Source of the DNA: a virus
Lineage: Duplodnaviria; Caudoviricetes
Direction: 5' to 3' (one strand)
Virus record (IMG/VR): IMGVR_UViG_3300009128_001408
Span: 2,082-66,081 of that record
Length of the DNA: 64,000 nt
In this document: positions 1-10,120 of the stretch, piece by piece
How the letters are laid out: every line of letters begins with the position of its first letter
Position numbering within the stretch: position 1 is the stretch's first letter
Notes under the pieces: generated by a model
Database searches by the model: none
What the model saw: the letters and a program-made list of their open reading frames with translations, nothing else
Told to the model about the DNA's origin: nothing
Position numbers and translations under genes: made by a program

Positions 1-213
1 TTACCAATGGTACCCCTTGTCCTTCCTAAACCAGACCAGGTAAACAATCTCTGGCAGCGCAATCATGTTCACCAGGAAAAAGCAGACGAACCATCCCAAC
101 TGATCCCGTCGGGCTGCCTCCCACGCCGCCCACATCTTCAGGGGCAGTAACACGATAGTCAGCCATAGGGCCATTTCAATAGCCACGTCGAACACTTTAG
201 AAACTCCTAGCAA
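1..213 (-). CDS. small membrane protein, DUF5652-like
   Basis: Two hydrophobic helices; WEAARRDQLGWF...LVN...PEIVYL pattern resembles DUF5652. Confidence 0.55.
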   Translation of the reverse strand: MLGVSKVFDVAIEMALWLTIVLLPLKMWAAWEAARRDQLGWFVCFFLVNMIALPEIVYLVWFRKDKGYHW

Positions 214-219
214 CGATAT

Positions 220-247
220 AGTATACCATTGCCTGGGCTCTTTTATA
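220..247 (-). promoter_or_regulatory. class I (sigma70-like) promoter TATAAA-N16-TATACT
   Basis: Same geometry as nine other sites in the window; -10 ends 6 nt before the start codon. Confidence 0.55.
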
Positions 248-256
248 AACTAATTG

Positions 257-1114
257 TCACCGAAGAAATTTATTAATGGCCGGGATGGCAGCCTTGGCTG
301 GGTTGTCGGCATCGACCATCACAAAATTATTGAACATATCCTGGTAGAGAGGAAGGTTTTCCTGGAGCTTGTGCCACTGGTCCTCCTGGCTTCCTCCGTG
401 GACGCGTCGGCCGCCAGGCTGTTTACCTCGATCGATATTCTGCTGCTGCGCCTGCTCAAGCGGGACCGAGACAAAAAGCATCATGGTGTCATATCCCAGG
501 GCGTCCAACATCGCCTTCTCCCGCTTTATCTTATCGTAGTTAGTAGCAGTACCATCAATTACGACACCAAGGCGACCTGTGATGTGACGCTCTAACGTTG
601 TCAGGTTACCGGGATCCTCCTTATACTTCTGCCCGAACTCCTCAGGATCGAGATCAAGGCGTTGTGCTGATATGCCTGCGCTACCTCCTGTCACCTTTTT
701 AAGGCCTCGCTGCTGGAGTGTCGACATCCTGGATCGGGACTTCTTGAGCTTTGCCTCAAGGTCCTTGAACTCCTTTTCCTCCTCCGCAGTACGGGCCTCG
801 TTATCCCTTAGGGCACGATAATCCGCGAGGAGCTTGGGATCAGGTGTTAGCTCCACCGGGGGCTTCTTATTGGGTGCCAGCTTCTCAAGAAAAGTGTCGG
901 CATTGACAATGCGAAGTCCCTCGGGTGTGAAACCTGTATCGGTACCAAAGATGGTTCGAAGCGCGGTTCCCTTACCACTGCCAGGGGCACCCGCCATGAA
1001 AATGGCCTTGAGTCTACCGGGGTCGTGGGGACCCTCCCGTAGCAGGCACTCCTCCAGGAGGATGTCCCTGATGACCTGTCTAATAAAAGCTTGGTTCGCC
1101 AGTTGCATTCTCAA
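257..1114 (-). CDS. zeta-toxin-like P-loop kinase with N-terminal leader
   Basis: KAIFMAGAPGSGKGT Walker A, IVNAD, VVIDGT; N-terminal IRQVIRDILLEE. Confidence 0.7.
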   Translation of the reverse strand: MRMQLANQAFIRQVIRDILLEECLLREGPHDPGRLKAIFMAGAPGSGKGTALRTIFGTDTGFTPEGLRIVNADTFLEKLAPNKKPPVELTPDPKLLADYRALRDNEARTAEEEKEFKDLEAKLKKSRSRMSTLQQRGLKKVTGGSAGISAQRLDLDPEEFGQKYKEDPGNLTTLERHITGRLGVVIDGTATNYDKIKREKAMLDALGYDTMMLFVSVPLEQAQQQNIDRGKQPGGRRVHGGSQEDQWHKLQENLPLYQDMFNNFVMVDADNPAKAAIPAINKFLR

Positions 1115-1727
1115 TTACCTTTCTGATAATGCTATTAAATGCCTGGGAATCGTATTCAAGGTCAGGGCCTCGTATCTTGTCTAGGATGTCCTCAATCAGA
1201 GCAGGTGCCACCTTTGCGGTGGTGTTATCAGGCATTCGCTCATCGTAGGTCAATCCTTGTGCCTCCAACTCAGCCTCAACCAGTTTAACATATTTATCCT
1301 GAAGCTCGCTCGCATATCGATTCGCCGGGGTGCCGATCAGTGCCCTCGAGTCGTCCGTCAAATCGCTAAGCTGCAGCGTGACGCCTGTATCAACCCACCC
1401 TGTCTCCGGATCGATAGCGACAGCGCTTGCGGTAGCATAATCACCGGAATTCGTGACGGATAGTTTGCCAGGGCTTGCGCCCCTATGGCCTGTAGGTGTC
1501 TTCTCCAGTATCGTAAATGTCGAATCGTTATTCAACAATGCTATCCAGTCTCCCAGCTCTTCGAAGGCCTGGTCGTGAGCGGCACCAAAATCTGAGCCGA
1601 TCCTCACGATAGGAATTTCAGCGGGTAGGCCACCAACACTTTCGTTTATTGGAGCACCGCGATAGAACTCCCGATAGAATAGTTCCTCGCGAATAAGCTG
1701 CTTGAGTTTTGCTGTTGATATTTTCAT
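1080..1727 (-). CDS. hypothetical protein with leader MKISTAKLKQLIREEL
   Basis: Overlapping-operon ORF; shared leader motif. Confidence 0.75.
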   Translation of the reverse strand: MKISTAKLKQLIREELFYREFYRGAPINESVGGLPAEIPIVRIGSDFGAAHDQAFEELGDWIALLNNDSTFTILEKTPTGHRGASPGKLSVTNSGDYATASAVAIDPETGWVDTGVTLQLSDLTDDSRALIGTPANRYASELQDKYVKLVEAELEAQGLTYDERMPDNTTAKVAPALIEDILDKIRGPDLEYDSQAFNSIIRKVIENATGEPSFY

Positions 1728-2017
1728 TCTGTATCTTCCTGTGTATCTTTGTATGTCTCCCAGGCCGCGCTAACCGAAGTTACCGACCAGCCGGGGGTCG
1801 ATGCAACCACATTAATGGCATCAGTCGGAGAGTGTCCTGTACCTATCAGCTCATTGACCTGGCCAGCAATGTCCATCGCCGGATCGTTAGCCTTTGGAAA
1901 CTCAAAGGATGTGGTCGGTTCCGGACGTAGGTTTGACCCACTCCGGTACCCCTGCTCGGTGATGGTGTGGATCTCCTCACGGATGATCTTCTTCAGTCTA
2001 GGCGGGGATAGTTTCAC
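1724..2017 (-). CDS. hypothetical protein with leader VKLSPPRLKKIIREEI
   Basis: True start probably GTG at 2017 with GAGGA upstream; the track ORF 1724..2287 is over-extended. Confidence 0.7.
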   Translation of the reverse strand: MKLSPPRLKKIIREEIHTITEQGYRSGSNLRPEPTTSFEFPKANDPAMDIAGQVNELIGTGHSPTDAINVVASTPGWSVTSVSAAWETYKDTQEDTE

Positions 2018-2333
2018 TAGTGATATCCTCGATCTCTTCCTCTTCCGAGGGAGCATCAAACTCCAGACTATTAAGCCAATTAACCAGAGCTTTTCGGTCA
2101 TCGGCATTCTTGAGCGGAAAATCCAATCCCTCACGTCGACCATCAGAACTCCAAGTGATCTCGACACCAGTTCGACCACCGACTTGTGGTCTCGCAACCC
2201 ACCATTTATTTCCCACCTGTAAATGAGGATGTTTCTCGGCGCTCCAATGAAGCTCATTCTCCTTAATAAGCTGAGGCGAGTTGTCAAGCTCCTCCTTGAT
2301 TATCCGCCTCAGTTGTCCTGATGTAAGTCTCAT
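1998..2333 (-). CDS. hypothetical protein with leader MRLTSGQLRRIIKEEL
   Basis: ATGA overlap with upstream gene; shared leader. Confidence 0.75.
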   Translation of the reverse strand: MRLTSGQLRRIIKEELDNSPQLIKENELHWSAEKHPHLQVGNKWWVARPQVGGRTGVEITWSSDGRREGLDFPLKNADDRKALVNWLNSLEFDAPSEEEEIEDITSETIPA

Positions 2334-2527
2334 TTCGTCTCCCTTGACTTCCTACTCCATAAGTCCTTGGGTAGCAGCTTCTCAATCTTAAAGTTTAGTG
2401 CCGGCTTGCCGTTGACAGTCGGGTGGCCGTACTCGTCCTCCCCGATCTCCCGGACGACTGTCCGCTTGTTCTTGAACCGACCTGTCAGGATGATGTCTCC
2501 CGGGCCGTATGGAAAATCAATTTTCAT
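2330..2527 (-). CDS. small phage-type hypothetical protein
   Basis: GDIILTGRFKNK...IGEDEYGHPTVNGK; tightly packed in operon. Confidence 0.65.
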   Translation of the reverse strand: MKIDFPYGPGDIILTGRFKNKRTVVREIGEDEYGHPTVNGKPALNFKIEKLLPKDLWSRKSRETK

Positions 2528-3073
2528 TTAAGCACCCATATCCATACTAGGTCTGGTATCTGCGAGGTCCACTGGCTTGTGATACTGGCCCAATAGAGCC
2601 TGCATTTCATCAACTGCCGTGGCCAGGTTCTCCGCAGAAATATTCTCACGACTAAGGAGGCCCAGAAGGGATGTAGGGGCTCGAGAATCTCCGCCGGCAC
2701 TGTCCATCCGACGGCGGACCATTGAAACAAGAGTGTGATCCTGGCCGCCTTTCGCTGTTTTACGTTCCCCACCTGATACCACAAGCTTCCACTTCTCGCC
2801 TGTACCAAAGTCATCACTTATGTCTGTAACTGTAAATTTGACCACTGGCGCCTTCGTCTCTTTGCCTGCAATCCGATCGCCCTCGCTGCTGGCCCAGGCA
2901 CCCAACTCAACATCATAGAGACGTGACCAATAATCAGTGGTATTACCAGGTGACCAACCTGTGTGCTCAAGAGCCCGGGGAAGACGTGACTGGGGAACGG
3001 TGCCATCCTCGATTAGGACTGTCGATAGCTCCTCCTTGATTATCAGTCGTAACTGCCTGGGTGTTAGTTTCAT
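2528..3073 (-). CDS. hypothetical protein with leader MKLTPRQLRLIIKEEL
   Basis: AGGAG RBS; shared leader; first gene of operon. Confidence 0.75.
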   Translation of the reverse strand: MKLTPRQLRLIIKEELSTVLIEDGTVPQSRLPRALEHTGWSPGNTTDYWSRLYDVELGAWASSEGDRIAGKETKAPVVKFTVTDISDDFGTGEKWKLVVSGGERKTAKGGQDHTLVSMVRRRMDSAGGDSRAPTSLLGLLSRENISAENLATAVDEMQALLGQYHKPVDLADTRPSMDMGA

Positions 3074-3097
3074 TAGGCATACTCCTAGCGTTCAAAC

Positions 3098-3107
3098 TAT
3101 AATTATT
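3098..3107 (-). promoter_or_regulatory. class II (late-type) motif AATAATTATA
   Basis: Recurrent TA(T/C/A)TTA motif ahead of a leader-bearing operon. Confidence 0.4.
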
Positions 3108-3160
3108 CAGGGCGCAGCCAATTATACACCACACACACAACTAATATATAGAGGATCACA

Positions 3161-3760
3161 CTATAGTGTTAACATCCACTCGATGGAGTGGATAACCTCT
3201 TGGCCGTTATAGCCACGATCTATATCTCGAATTACCATCTCCCTATCTATATAATAGAACGTCGGCCATGACTGGAGTGGCCACGGTCCTCCGGAGCTCT
3301 GAAGCAGTGTCCGATCGCCGACCAGGACCGGAGAGTCCGTGACGTCGAAGGTGTCCACCCATGACTGAATATCAGCAAGTGCAGGAGGAACACCCTGGCC
3401 GTTCTCAATCAGCACGGTCACATAAAGGACACCCTGGTCACGGTACTGGTCTTGGACATCCTGAGAATGTAGGCCTGCCTGGTTACACGGACCGCACCAC
3501 ATAGTTGAAAAGTCAAGAACAATAATGGAGCCAAAGTGCTCATATAGGTTAAACTCCTCATCGTTCTGATCCTGCAGTATCACATTGCAGGCATGCTCAC
3601 CCTCTGAACCGGCACACTCCTCCCATGTCACCCAAGGCATTGGATCAGGTTCCGGCTCAGGCGCAGGATATGGCGCATCAACAGGATCTGTGGGGGTGGA
3701 GGTCGCCGGAGTGCAGGCGACAAATAAAGCGGCCAGAAGAATACAAAGGTATCGAGTCAT
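3161..3760 (-). CDS. thioredoxin-fold (TlpA/ResA/AhpC-TSA-like) lipoprotein
   Basis: Lipobox FVAC, Pro-rich linker, LDFSTMWCGPC, cis-Pro WPTFY. Confidence 0.8.
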   Translation of the reverse strand: MTRYLCILLAALFVACTPATSTPTDPVDAPYPAPEPEPDPMPWVTWEECAGSEGEHACNVILQDQNDEEFNLYEHFGSIIVLDFSTMWCGPCNQAGLHSQDVQDQYRDQGVLYVTVLIENGQGVPPALADIQSWVDTFDVTDSPVLVGDRTLLQSSGGPWPLQSWPTFYYIDREMVIRDIDRGYNGQEVIHSIEWMLTL

Positions 3761-3808
3761 AATAGCGTCTCCCGTTAATAATACCTATGGGAAACGTTAA
3801 AATGCCGA

Positions 3809-4522
3809 CTACTTTAAGACCTTCTCCATCAGATCATCGAACAATCGATCACCCAAGTTACCAGGTGTCAGTGATGCACACCTAGGATTGACAGGTCGCG
3901 GGAGGTCATACGCATCGAACTGACAGCCTAGTGTCCAAAGGTCATGTCCCCTCATGCAGATGACTGTCTTGCTGGGGTCATCAACACATGCGGCGGCAAC
4001 AGTCTGATTGAATGCTGTGGCCTCACTGAGACGGAGCAGGTGCGACTTATATCGAAAGCTTCGTGAGTGATACGGATACCACTCCAGGACCGAGAACCTC
4101 TCCGAGACCCTCATGTCACCGGCCTCTTTAATAAACCTCGACAGGACCTTTCGCCACCATGAGCCGCTCGGTGTCTCGCTCCAACGAGGATCGAGTGGCA
4201 CAAAGGGATAGTCACCTGGGCCCTGGACAATTGACATCTCGCACTCTAGTTGCTCACAGTAATCGGTATCAGCGGCGTACAGGACATCGTCATCGTGAAA
4301 TCCTGGGTTCAGCATCAGCAGGACAATATTAGCTTCAAACGGATTACCGTGTATCGGCTCCGGTGGAACATCAATCCTAAGCTGAAACTTCTCATCAACC
4401 GTCTGGTTATATGCCTCAATACGCTCCATATCAGCATCGAGGACAAACGAATTGCTGCGATGTCCCCTCCACGGATTCTGAGCCACTACACCTGTTACAC
4501 CACTCTTCTTCATACTAATCAC
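3809..4522 (-). CDS. hypothetical protein, possible uracil-DNA-glycosylase-fold enzyme
   Basis: PEPIHGNP...IVLLMLNPG and LEWYPYHS motifs. Confidence 0.5.
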   Translation of the reverse strand: MISMKKSGVTGVVAQNPWRGHRSNSFVLDADMERIEAYNQTVDEKFQLRIDVPPEPIHGNPFEANIVLLMLNPGFHDDDVLYAADTDYCEQLECEMSIVQGPGDYPFVPLDPRWSETPSGSWWRKVLSRFIKEAGDMRVSERFSVLEWYPYHSRSFRYKSHLLRLSEATAFNQTVAAACVDDPSKTVICMRGHDLWTLGCQFDAYDLPRPVNPRCASLTPGNLGDRLFDDLMEKVLK

Positions 4523-4863
4523 TCTCCAAGGTACTCAATGGCACTGTCATCAATGCCCTCAAAGCACTGACGAGCCTCAGCTCTACTGTAGAGGCGGGCA
4601 GCCCTATAGGCGAGACGTGCCTCCAGACGTCGCCACCTCTCAGCCTTTCGATGAAATTGTATACGAGTCATTTCACCTCGACTGTTGGCTCGCATCGCAT
4701 CATCTAACAATGATGCGGCAGTCGCACGACGATGTTGAACATCGAAAATCCTAGAAAATATCTTGGTGCAAACGGCCTCCTGATGTGCATTCAATGCAGT
4801 GGCCGGCGATGGTACCAGTGAAAAAAGCGCAACGCAGGATAGCATCAAAAAAATCCTTCTCAT
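4519..4863 (-). CDS. secreted hypothetical protein
   Basis: N-terminal signal peptide ending ATA-L; helical, two Cys. Confidence 0.6.
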   Translation of the reverse strand: MRRIFLMLSCVALFSLVPSPATALNAHQEAVCTKIFSRIFDVQHRRATAASLLDDAMRANSRGEMTRIQFHRKAERWRRLEARLAYRAARLYSRAEARQCFEGIDDSAIEYLGE

Positions 4864-4867
4864 TATA

Positions 4868-5347
4868 TCAGTCTCCTGTTATTGGAAATGGAGTCGCAGA
4901 TGGATCATCAAACCACAAATTATCACACATACTTTTAGGCAGATACCTAGTGCAGATCTCCTGACCTGGTTGAATTGTGCAACGACTGTAAAAATCCAGC
5001 GACTCATTCTCATAATTACACTTCCACGTCGCATTTGGACTGTTCGTGTCGTGATTATAGATGCCACCATAACCGAGAGAAAACGCGTTAATCTTTCCAT
5101 TCCATCCAAAAGGATACTCTAAGAGTGTAGTACGACCCTCCAAAAAATCATTCAAAATTTCAAAAACATCATTATGAAATAGAATAACAGGACATGCCTC
5201 TATTAGTTCATGCGCCTCGATCATATCCGTTGCAAACATTCCAATACCATGAATTGGAGACTCATCGACAACAACCTTATCGCTCACAAAAAATCTAGGA
5301 TACTCTTTTCTTGCCTTTCTAAACACATCAACCTCCAATATCAACAA
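4868..5347 (-). CDS. SET-domain (lysine methyltransferase-like) protein
   Basis: SPIHGIGMFA, GIYNH, IQPGQEICTRY. Confidence 0.8.
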   Translation of the reverse strand: MLILEVDVFRKARKEYPRFFVSDKVVVDESPIHGIGMFATDMIEAHELIEACPVILFHNDVFEILNDFLEGRTTLLEYPFGWNGKINAFSLGYGGIYNHDTNSPNATWKCNYENESLDFYSRCTIQPGQEICTRYLPKSMCDNLWFDDPSATPFPITGD

Positions 5348-5571
5348 TTCTCATCTAAAAATTTCTCCAAATAATCGACAAAAAATTTCTCAAACCTACG
5401 ATGACTCCATCTAGCAAGGTTCTCGTGTTGCTTAAACTTCTTCTTAAACTCGTTGGTCACATCGATGATGACATCAAAGCCTGATGATACATGCTCTACT
5501 GAAATGACTCGAAATGAGTACACAATGGCATCGTACTCAAGCTCAATCGTCTGATTGGGTGTTATTCTCAT
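5341..5571 (-). CDS. hypothetical protein
   Basis: ORF tiling the operon. Confidence 0.55.
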   Translation of the reverse strand: MRITPNQTIELEYDAIVYSFRVISVEHVSSGFDVIIDVTNEFKKKFKQHENLARWSHRRFEKFFVDYLEKFLDENC

Positions 5572-6244
5572 CTGCTAGCAGTTTCTGAGGTTTAAACTCA
5601 CGAAGCCTGACCTTTCCATCATTAATCTCGACATATGTCATATTAGACACCCAGTCTCCTGAATTGACATATGTCTTGATAGACTGATCCGCATGCACCC
5701 AGATGACTACCTCAGGAATATGCGTATGTCCCATTATAAACACATCGACGTCATTGTTCACGTCTAAGATAGCACTTATACTGCGAAGTTTGTGTTTCCT
5801 AAGCTGTCGGCGGACCCACCATGATGTCAGGTCAATACCAAACCACCTCTCCAGAATATCCTGTAATACCGATATAATCTTGACAAATCCCGCAGCGTTG
5901 ATCATACCAGTATTGTAACTATCGCCGTGCTCTATCCTAAAACTTCGGCCGCCATCAATAAACTCCACCGCACGGGTGAACTTGACTCCAAATATTTCGC
6001 TCCCAATCCAGCCAGCCAGAGACTCATCGTGATTGCCGACGATATAAACAACGTCAGCCCTGCTGCCTATTGCCTCTAGTATCCTGGCACAGTTTGCAGT
6101 CAGGACAGGTATCTTAATAAAATCAATAATGTCACCAGCTAAAATAAGCTGATCCATCTCCTGGGTGCTGAGAAACTCCAGCAGCTCATCCGACCTGTAA
6201 AAACTGCTGCCGACATGGGTGTCAGAGATGACAACTCTTTTCAC
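5543..6244 (-). CDS. calcineurin-like metallophosphoesterase (LpxH-like)
   Basis: ISDTH, GDIID, GNHD, EHGD, GHTH, NSGDW. Confidence 0.85.
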   Translation of the reverse strand: MKRVVISDTHVGSSFYRSDELLEFLSTQEMDQLILAGDIIDFIKIPVLTANCARILEAIGSRADVVYIVGNHDESLAGWIGSEIFGVKFTRAVEFIDGGRSFRIEHGDSYNTGMINAAGFVKIISVLQDILERWFGIDLTSWWVRRQLRKHKLRSISAILDVNNDVDVFIMGHTHIPEVVIWVHADQSIKTYVNSGDWVSNMTYVEINDGKVRLREFKPQKLLADENNTQSDD

Positions 6245-6267
6245 TGTCGACGCCCTCCTGCAACTCT

Positions 6268-6495
6268 TTAGCGCGGTGTCCTGGTGTATCCTTGACGCCT
6301 GGCGACCTCCGAGGACTCAAAACAGAACTCAGCACGAGTCACGTAATAATAACTATCGGTCGGCAGATGATAGTAGAATGAATCTGCATTTCCCTTAATG
6401 CGATGATGATCTGGACATGTCCCTGTTAGACTAATTGACCAATGAGCACATCCAGAAATCAGGATCGCCATCAAGATAAGTGCTGCTCTACCCAT
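6268..6495 (-). CDS. small lipoprotein with Ada-metal-binding/thermonuclease C-terminal-like domain
   Basis: Start [16 protein letters not shown] (lipobox); IKGN...YH.P...YY..T....CF.S...A...GY. Confidence 0.6.
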   Translation of the reverse strand: MGRAALILMAILISGCAHWSISLTGTCPDHHRIKGNADSFYYHLPTDSYYYVTRAEFCFESSEVARRQGYTRTPR

Positions 6496-8362
6496 TTGCT
6501 TCCTCAAAGTCTGCATCAATAATTTCAGTGTCTGACACGTCTTCAGGTGGATCATCTGATTGTGACTGGTACAGGAGGGTAGCAAACTCGGAAGATGCTG
6601 CCTCTAGGTCAGCTGTGGCTGTCGTAAAATCGCCATCGGCATCGAGGACAGCCCGGGCCTCGTCGATGGCGGCGGTGACTGTGGCCTTAGCCGCCTCATC
6701 GACCTTGTCACCGTGTTCCTTGACTGTCCTGGCAAGCCCGTGAATTAGTGCCTCAAGTTTATTCTTCTCTTCAATCCTTGCGCGACGTGCCTGGTCTTCC
6801 TCGGCATTTTCCTCTGCATCCTGGACCATGGCATCTATATCGGCGTCGCTAAGAGAACCGGTCCCCTCAATCCGGATCGACTGCTCCTTGCCAGTCGCCT
6901 TGTCCTTGGCACCGACATTGACAATACCGTCGGCATCGATTGAGAATGTCACCTCAATCTGAGGGATACCTCGTGGAGCCGGCGGGAGACCTGTTAGGTT
7001 AAATCGGCCGAGAGTCTTGTTATCATTGGCAAACTGCCGCTCTCCCTGCAGGACGTGAATGTCCACTGCAGACTGGTTATCAGAAGCGGTGCTAAACGTC
7101 TCACTCTTCTCGCATGGAATCGTGGTATTACGATCGATCAGCTTCGTCATGACACCGCCCAGTGTCTCAATACCGAGACTGAGTGGTGTAACATCAAGAA
7201 GCAGTACGTCCTTGACATCACCCGTAAAGACTCCTCCCTGGACAGCTGCGCCAAGGGCGACAACCTCATCCGGGTTGACCGACTTATTAGCCTCCTTCTT
7301 GAAGAAGCCCTCCACGGCAGTGCGAACCGCTGGGATGCGTGTGGAACCTCCCACTAGGATAACCTCGTCGATTGCCCCGACCTTGAGGCCGGAGTCCTTT
7401 AAGGCACGCTTAACAGGCTTCATAGTCCTCTCGACAATCTCCGCCGTCAGCTGATCAAACTTAGATCGACTCAGCGTCAGCTGGAGGTGTTTAGGCCCAG
7501 TGGCATCGGCTGTCAGGAATGGTAGATTGATCTCGGTCTGCTGTGTGCTAGACAATTCAATCTTCGCCTTCTCGGCGGCCTCCTTAACACGCTGAAGCAC
7601 CATCTTATCTGACGCCAGGTCAATTCCGGTGTCGGCCTTAAACTCCGACATGATCCAAGCAATGACAATGTTGTCGAAGTCATCGCCGCCGAGGTGAGTA
7701 TCACCATTAGTGGCTAGCACCTCAATGACTCCATCACCAATCTCCAGGACAGAGATGTCAAACGTGCCACCGCCTAGGTCATAGACAACAACTGCCTGAT
7801 CGTTACCCTTGTCGAGACCGTACGCCAAAGCAGCTGCGGTAGGCTCATTGATGATTCGTTTAACGTTAAGACCTGCAATCTTACCGGCATCCTTTGTCGC
7901 CTGGCGTTGTGCATCATTGAAGTAGGCAGGAACAGTAACGACCGCATCACTTATCTCCTCACCCAAGTATTCCTCGGCAGCACGCTTGAGCTTCATTAAG
8001 ACCTGTGCCGAGATCTCTGGAGGTGACAGCTTCTTTCCATCCACCTCGATTGTACAAGCACCGCCCTTGCCAGATGCGATTGTATATGGCACTGACGCTG
8101 ACTCAGTCTTCGCATCGCGGTACTTGCAGCCCATAAATCTCTTAACAGAGAAGATGGTGTTCTGGGGGTTTGTAATCGCCTGGCGACGGGCAGGCTGGCC
8201 GACAAGGCGCTCGCCATCCTTCGTGTAAGCTATAACAGATGGAGTAGTTCGTGAACCCTCCTCGTTAGTGATGACCGTAGGGCCGGTCGATTCCATAACG
8301 GCAACGCACGAGTTCGTGGTGCCAAGATCAATTCCAATTACTTTATTAGACACTAGTAACAC
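6488..8362 (-). CDS. dnaK: molecular chaperone DnaK (Hsp70)
   Basis: [35 protein letters not shown]; start probably GTG at 8353. Confidence 0.97.
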   Translation of the reverse strand: MLLVSNKVIGIDLGTTNSCVAVMESTGPTVITNEEGSRTTPSVIAYTKDGERLVGQPARRQAITNPQNTIFSVKRFMGCKYRDAKTESASVPYTIASGKGGACTIEVDGKKLSPPEISAQVLMKLKRAAEEYLGEEISDAVVTVPAYFNDAQRQATKDAGKIAGLNVKRIINEPTAAALAYGLDKGNDQAVVVYDLGGGTFDISVLEIGDGVIEVLATNGDTHLGGDDFDNIVIAWIMSEFKADTGIDLASDKMVLQRVKEAAEKAKIELSSTQQTEINLPFLTADATGPKHLQLTLSRSKFDQLTAEIVERTMKPVKRALKDSGLKVGAIDEVILVGGSTRIPAVRTAVEGFFKKEANKSVNPDEVVALGAAVQGGVFTGDVKDVLLLDVTPLSLGIETLGGVMTKLIDRNTTIPCEKSETFSTASDNQSAVDIHVLQGERQFANDNKTLGRFNLTGLPPAPRGIPQIEVTFSIDADGIVNVGAKDKATGKEQSIRIEGTGSLSDADIDAMVQDAEENAEEDQARRARIEEKNKLEALIHGLARTVKEHGDKVDEAAKATVTAAIDEARAVLDADGDFTTATADLEAASSEFATLLYQSQSDDPPEDVSDTEIIDADFEEANG

Positions 8363-8384
8363 ATCCTTTCAGTGTAACTGTGTT

Positions 8385-8412
8385 AATTTAATCACAGATT
8401 GACGGATGTACA
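8385..8412 (-). promoter_or_regulatory. class I promoter TGTACA-N16-TAAATT
   Basis: Conserved motif and spacing, upstream of dnaK. Confidence 0.55.
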
Positions 8413-8415
8413 GGC

Positions 8416-10110
8416 CTAAATTGTAGCAATAATTTTAGGGTCGACACCATGGGATCGTAGGAATTCACACCTATCTCTCTTCATCCTAGAAACCCAGTCT
8501 CGATATACTTCATTATCAATGACAGTCACAGGATTTAAGATCGCAGCAGGAACTAGCTCCAAAAGCGCTGAGTTGACTGGATCATCCACATCAACGATAT
8601 CGTAGCCAAAATCAGGATCAGTCTTCCAGGCAATAGTGCCAGCTAACATGGCCTCGAGCATTGATGATGAATGATGAATCTTAACCTTAAGATCAGCTCC
8701 AACATATCCTGTGTTCATCATCCACAAGGCGGTGCCAGGCATCGAGGCGACAAGTTCCGAAAAACGGGACGCCTGAAGACCGAACGACCTCGGGAAGAAT
8801 GGTTGTGTGAACGGAGAGCGCGTCTTACCCACCTCCTTGCCTGCGGCTGACGTCTTAGTCGTCTCGCCAAGCATAAAATATGCCGCAGCCTGGTCAGGAC
8901 TGGTAAATCTTACAATGCCTGGTGTAGCAGCGTCTTGACCCTCATCGCGGTTCAAGATTCCCATGCTAGTGACAGGAGGAATATCATACAAATCAGCAAC
9001 ATTGTCGATTACCGACATTGGGATAACTGATCGACCGTTCTGCGTCCACTCAACGAACTCCCATCCATCCTTAATAATACCATCAGCATCAAGCGTATCG
9101 TCATAGGTAACTATACCATCTAAGTACTGTTGTATCTTATCGGTATCAAAACCTGTGGCTTCTAGAACCGACCTAAACCGCTCTACGTCTAATTGGGACA
9201 TTCGCTTCTTATCGAAGTCATATGCGCCAGATTCGCCTACAAAAGTATTCTCAACCCATGCCAGTGAATTTAATGTCCCATCGTATATAATAGGCTCGCT
9301 ACTCCTAGTAAGACCTGCTGTCTTTGCAAAGCACCCAGACTCAGTCACTGACATTTCTCCGGACGGCCAAATCGTAACCATGTCATCCTGTATCGGCTGT
9401 GTCAGGTCTCCCTGCTGCGAAAAAGTCGTTGTCGTCTTTCCTGTACCAGACAGTCCCATAATAGTCATTGACATTCTCTCACCGGCTGATTCAATAAGCT
9501 TTGCGCCGGCATGAAGCACTAATCCGCCACGCTGGTAGGCATAATCATTCAGCATTCGAAGTGCTGCCTTCTTAGACTCACCGAAATAATCAGGACCGAT
9601 GATGTAGGTTCGATAGCTCTTAAGGTCGACAAGGATCGCTTGCCGGCCTGGCATGTCCTCAAGGAACAGATTAGGTGTGTAGATCACCTGAAACTCTGGC
9701 GTAAACTCTGGTGAGAAATCCAAAAATGTCATGTGTGACTGCATACCTGCAATATTTGCACCTTCCAGTGTATAAAGCCACTGGACAGGAACAGCCCGAT
9801 CACCTACACCGAGAGATCCCCTAATATCTATCAGGCGGCCGGCATCCTCAATGTACTGCCGCTGTATATCAATCAGCACCTGCGCCTTGGCTGGCGAGAT
9901 TACCTGATGGGAGTACTGATCAGCATTCACCTCATTGTCAATCACATATGTGTACTTTGCCATCCGCGCCTTATTTCGACTAACCTTCATAAGGTTGCCG
10001 TGTTCAGTCACAATGGTGCAGGGGGTGTGTGCAATTGCCAGCTCACGCAAGTGATCCTGGGTTGGGTTTATTAAATAGTTAACATCAAAGGGTCTGACAT
10101 TGTGTGCCAT
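8416..10110 (-). CDS. pckA: phosphoenolpyruvate carboxykinase (ATP), divergent
   Basis: GESKK, LHAGA, GLSGTGKTT, QDD, ESGCFAK, TQNGR, MNTGY; start MAHNV at 10110 after the aceA stop. Confidence 0.85.
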   Translation of the reverse strand: MAHNVRPFDVNYLINPTQDHLRELAIAHTPCTIVTEHGNLMKVSRNKARMAKYTYVIDNEVNADQYSHQVISPAKAQVLIDIQRQYIEDAGRLIDIRGSLGVGDRAVPVQWLYTLEGANIAGMQSHMTFLDFSPEFTPEFQVIYTPNLFLEDMPGRQAILVDLKSYRTYIIGPDYFGESKKAALRMLNDYAYQRGGLVLHAGAKLIESAGERMSMTIMGLSGTGKTTTTFSQQGDLTQPIQDDMVTIWPSGEMSVTESGCFAKTAGLTRSSEPIIYDGTLNSLAWVENTFVGESGAYDFDKKRMSQLDVERFRSVLEATGFDTDKIQQYLDGIVTYDDTLDADGIIKDGWEFVEWTQNGRSVIPMSVIDNVADLYDIPPVTSMGILNRDEGQDAATPGIVRFTSPDQAAAYFMLGETTKTSAAGKEVGKTRSPFTQPFFPRSFGLQASRFSELVASMPGTALWMMNTGYVGADLKVKIHHSSSMLEAMLAGTIAWKTDPDFGYDIVDVDDPVNSALLELVPAAILNPVTVIDNEVYRDWVSRMKRDRCEFLRSHGVDPKIIATI

Positions 10111-10120
10111 AATCTTTTCC

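Noticed and set aside
257-1727. Epsilon-zeta toxin-antitoxin pair
   Set aside because: The upstream gene is a 215-aa tagged protein unlike epsilon/PezA; no support for a TA arrangement
1724-2287. Long dual-coding overlaps in the track (also 8416..10254, 25547..26344, 40206..41051, 21932..22429)
   Set aside because: Explained by over-extended starts; downstream starts with RBS or leader motifs remove most of the overlap
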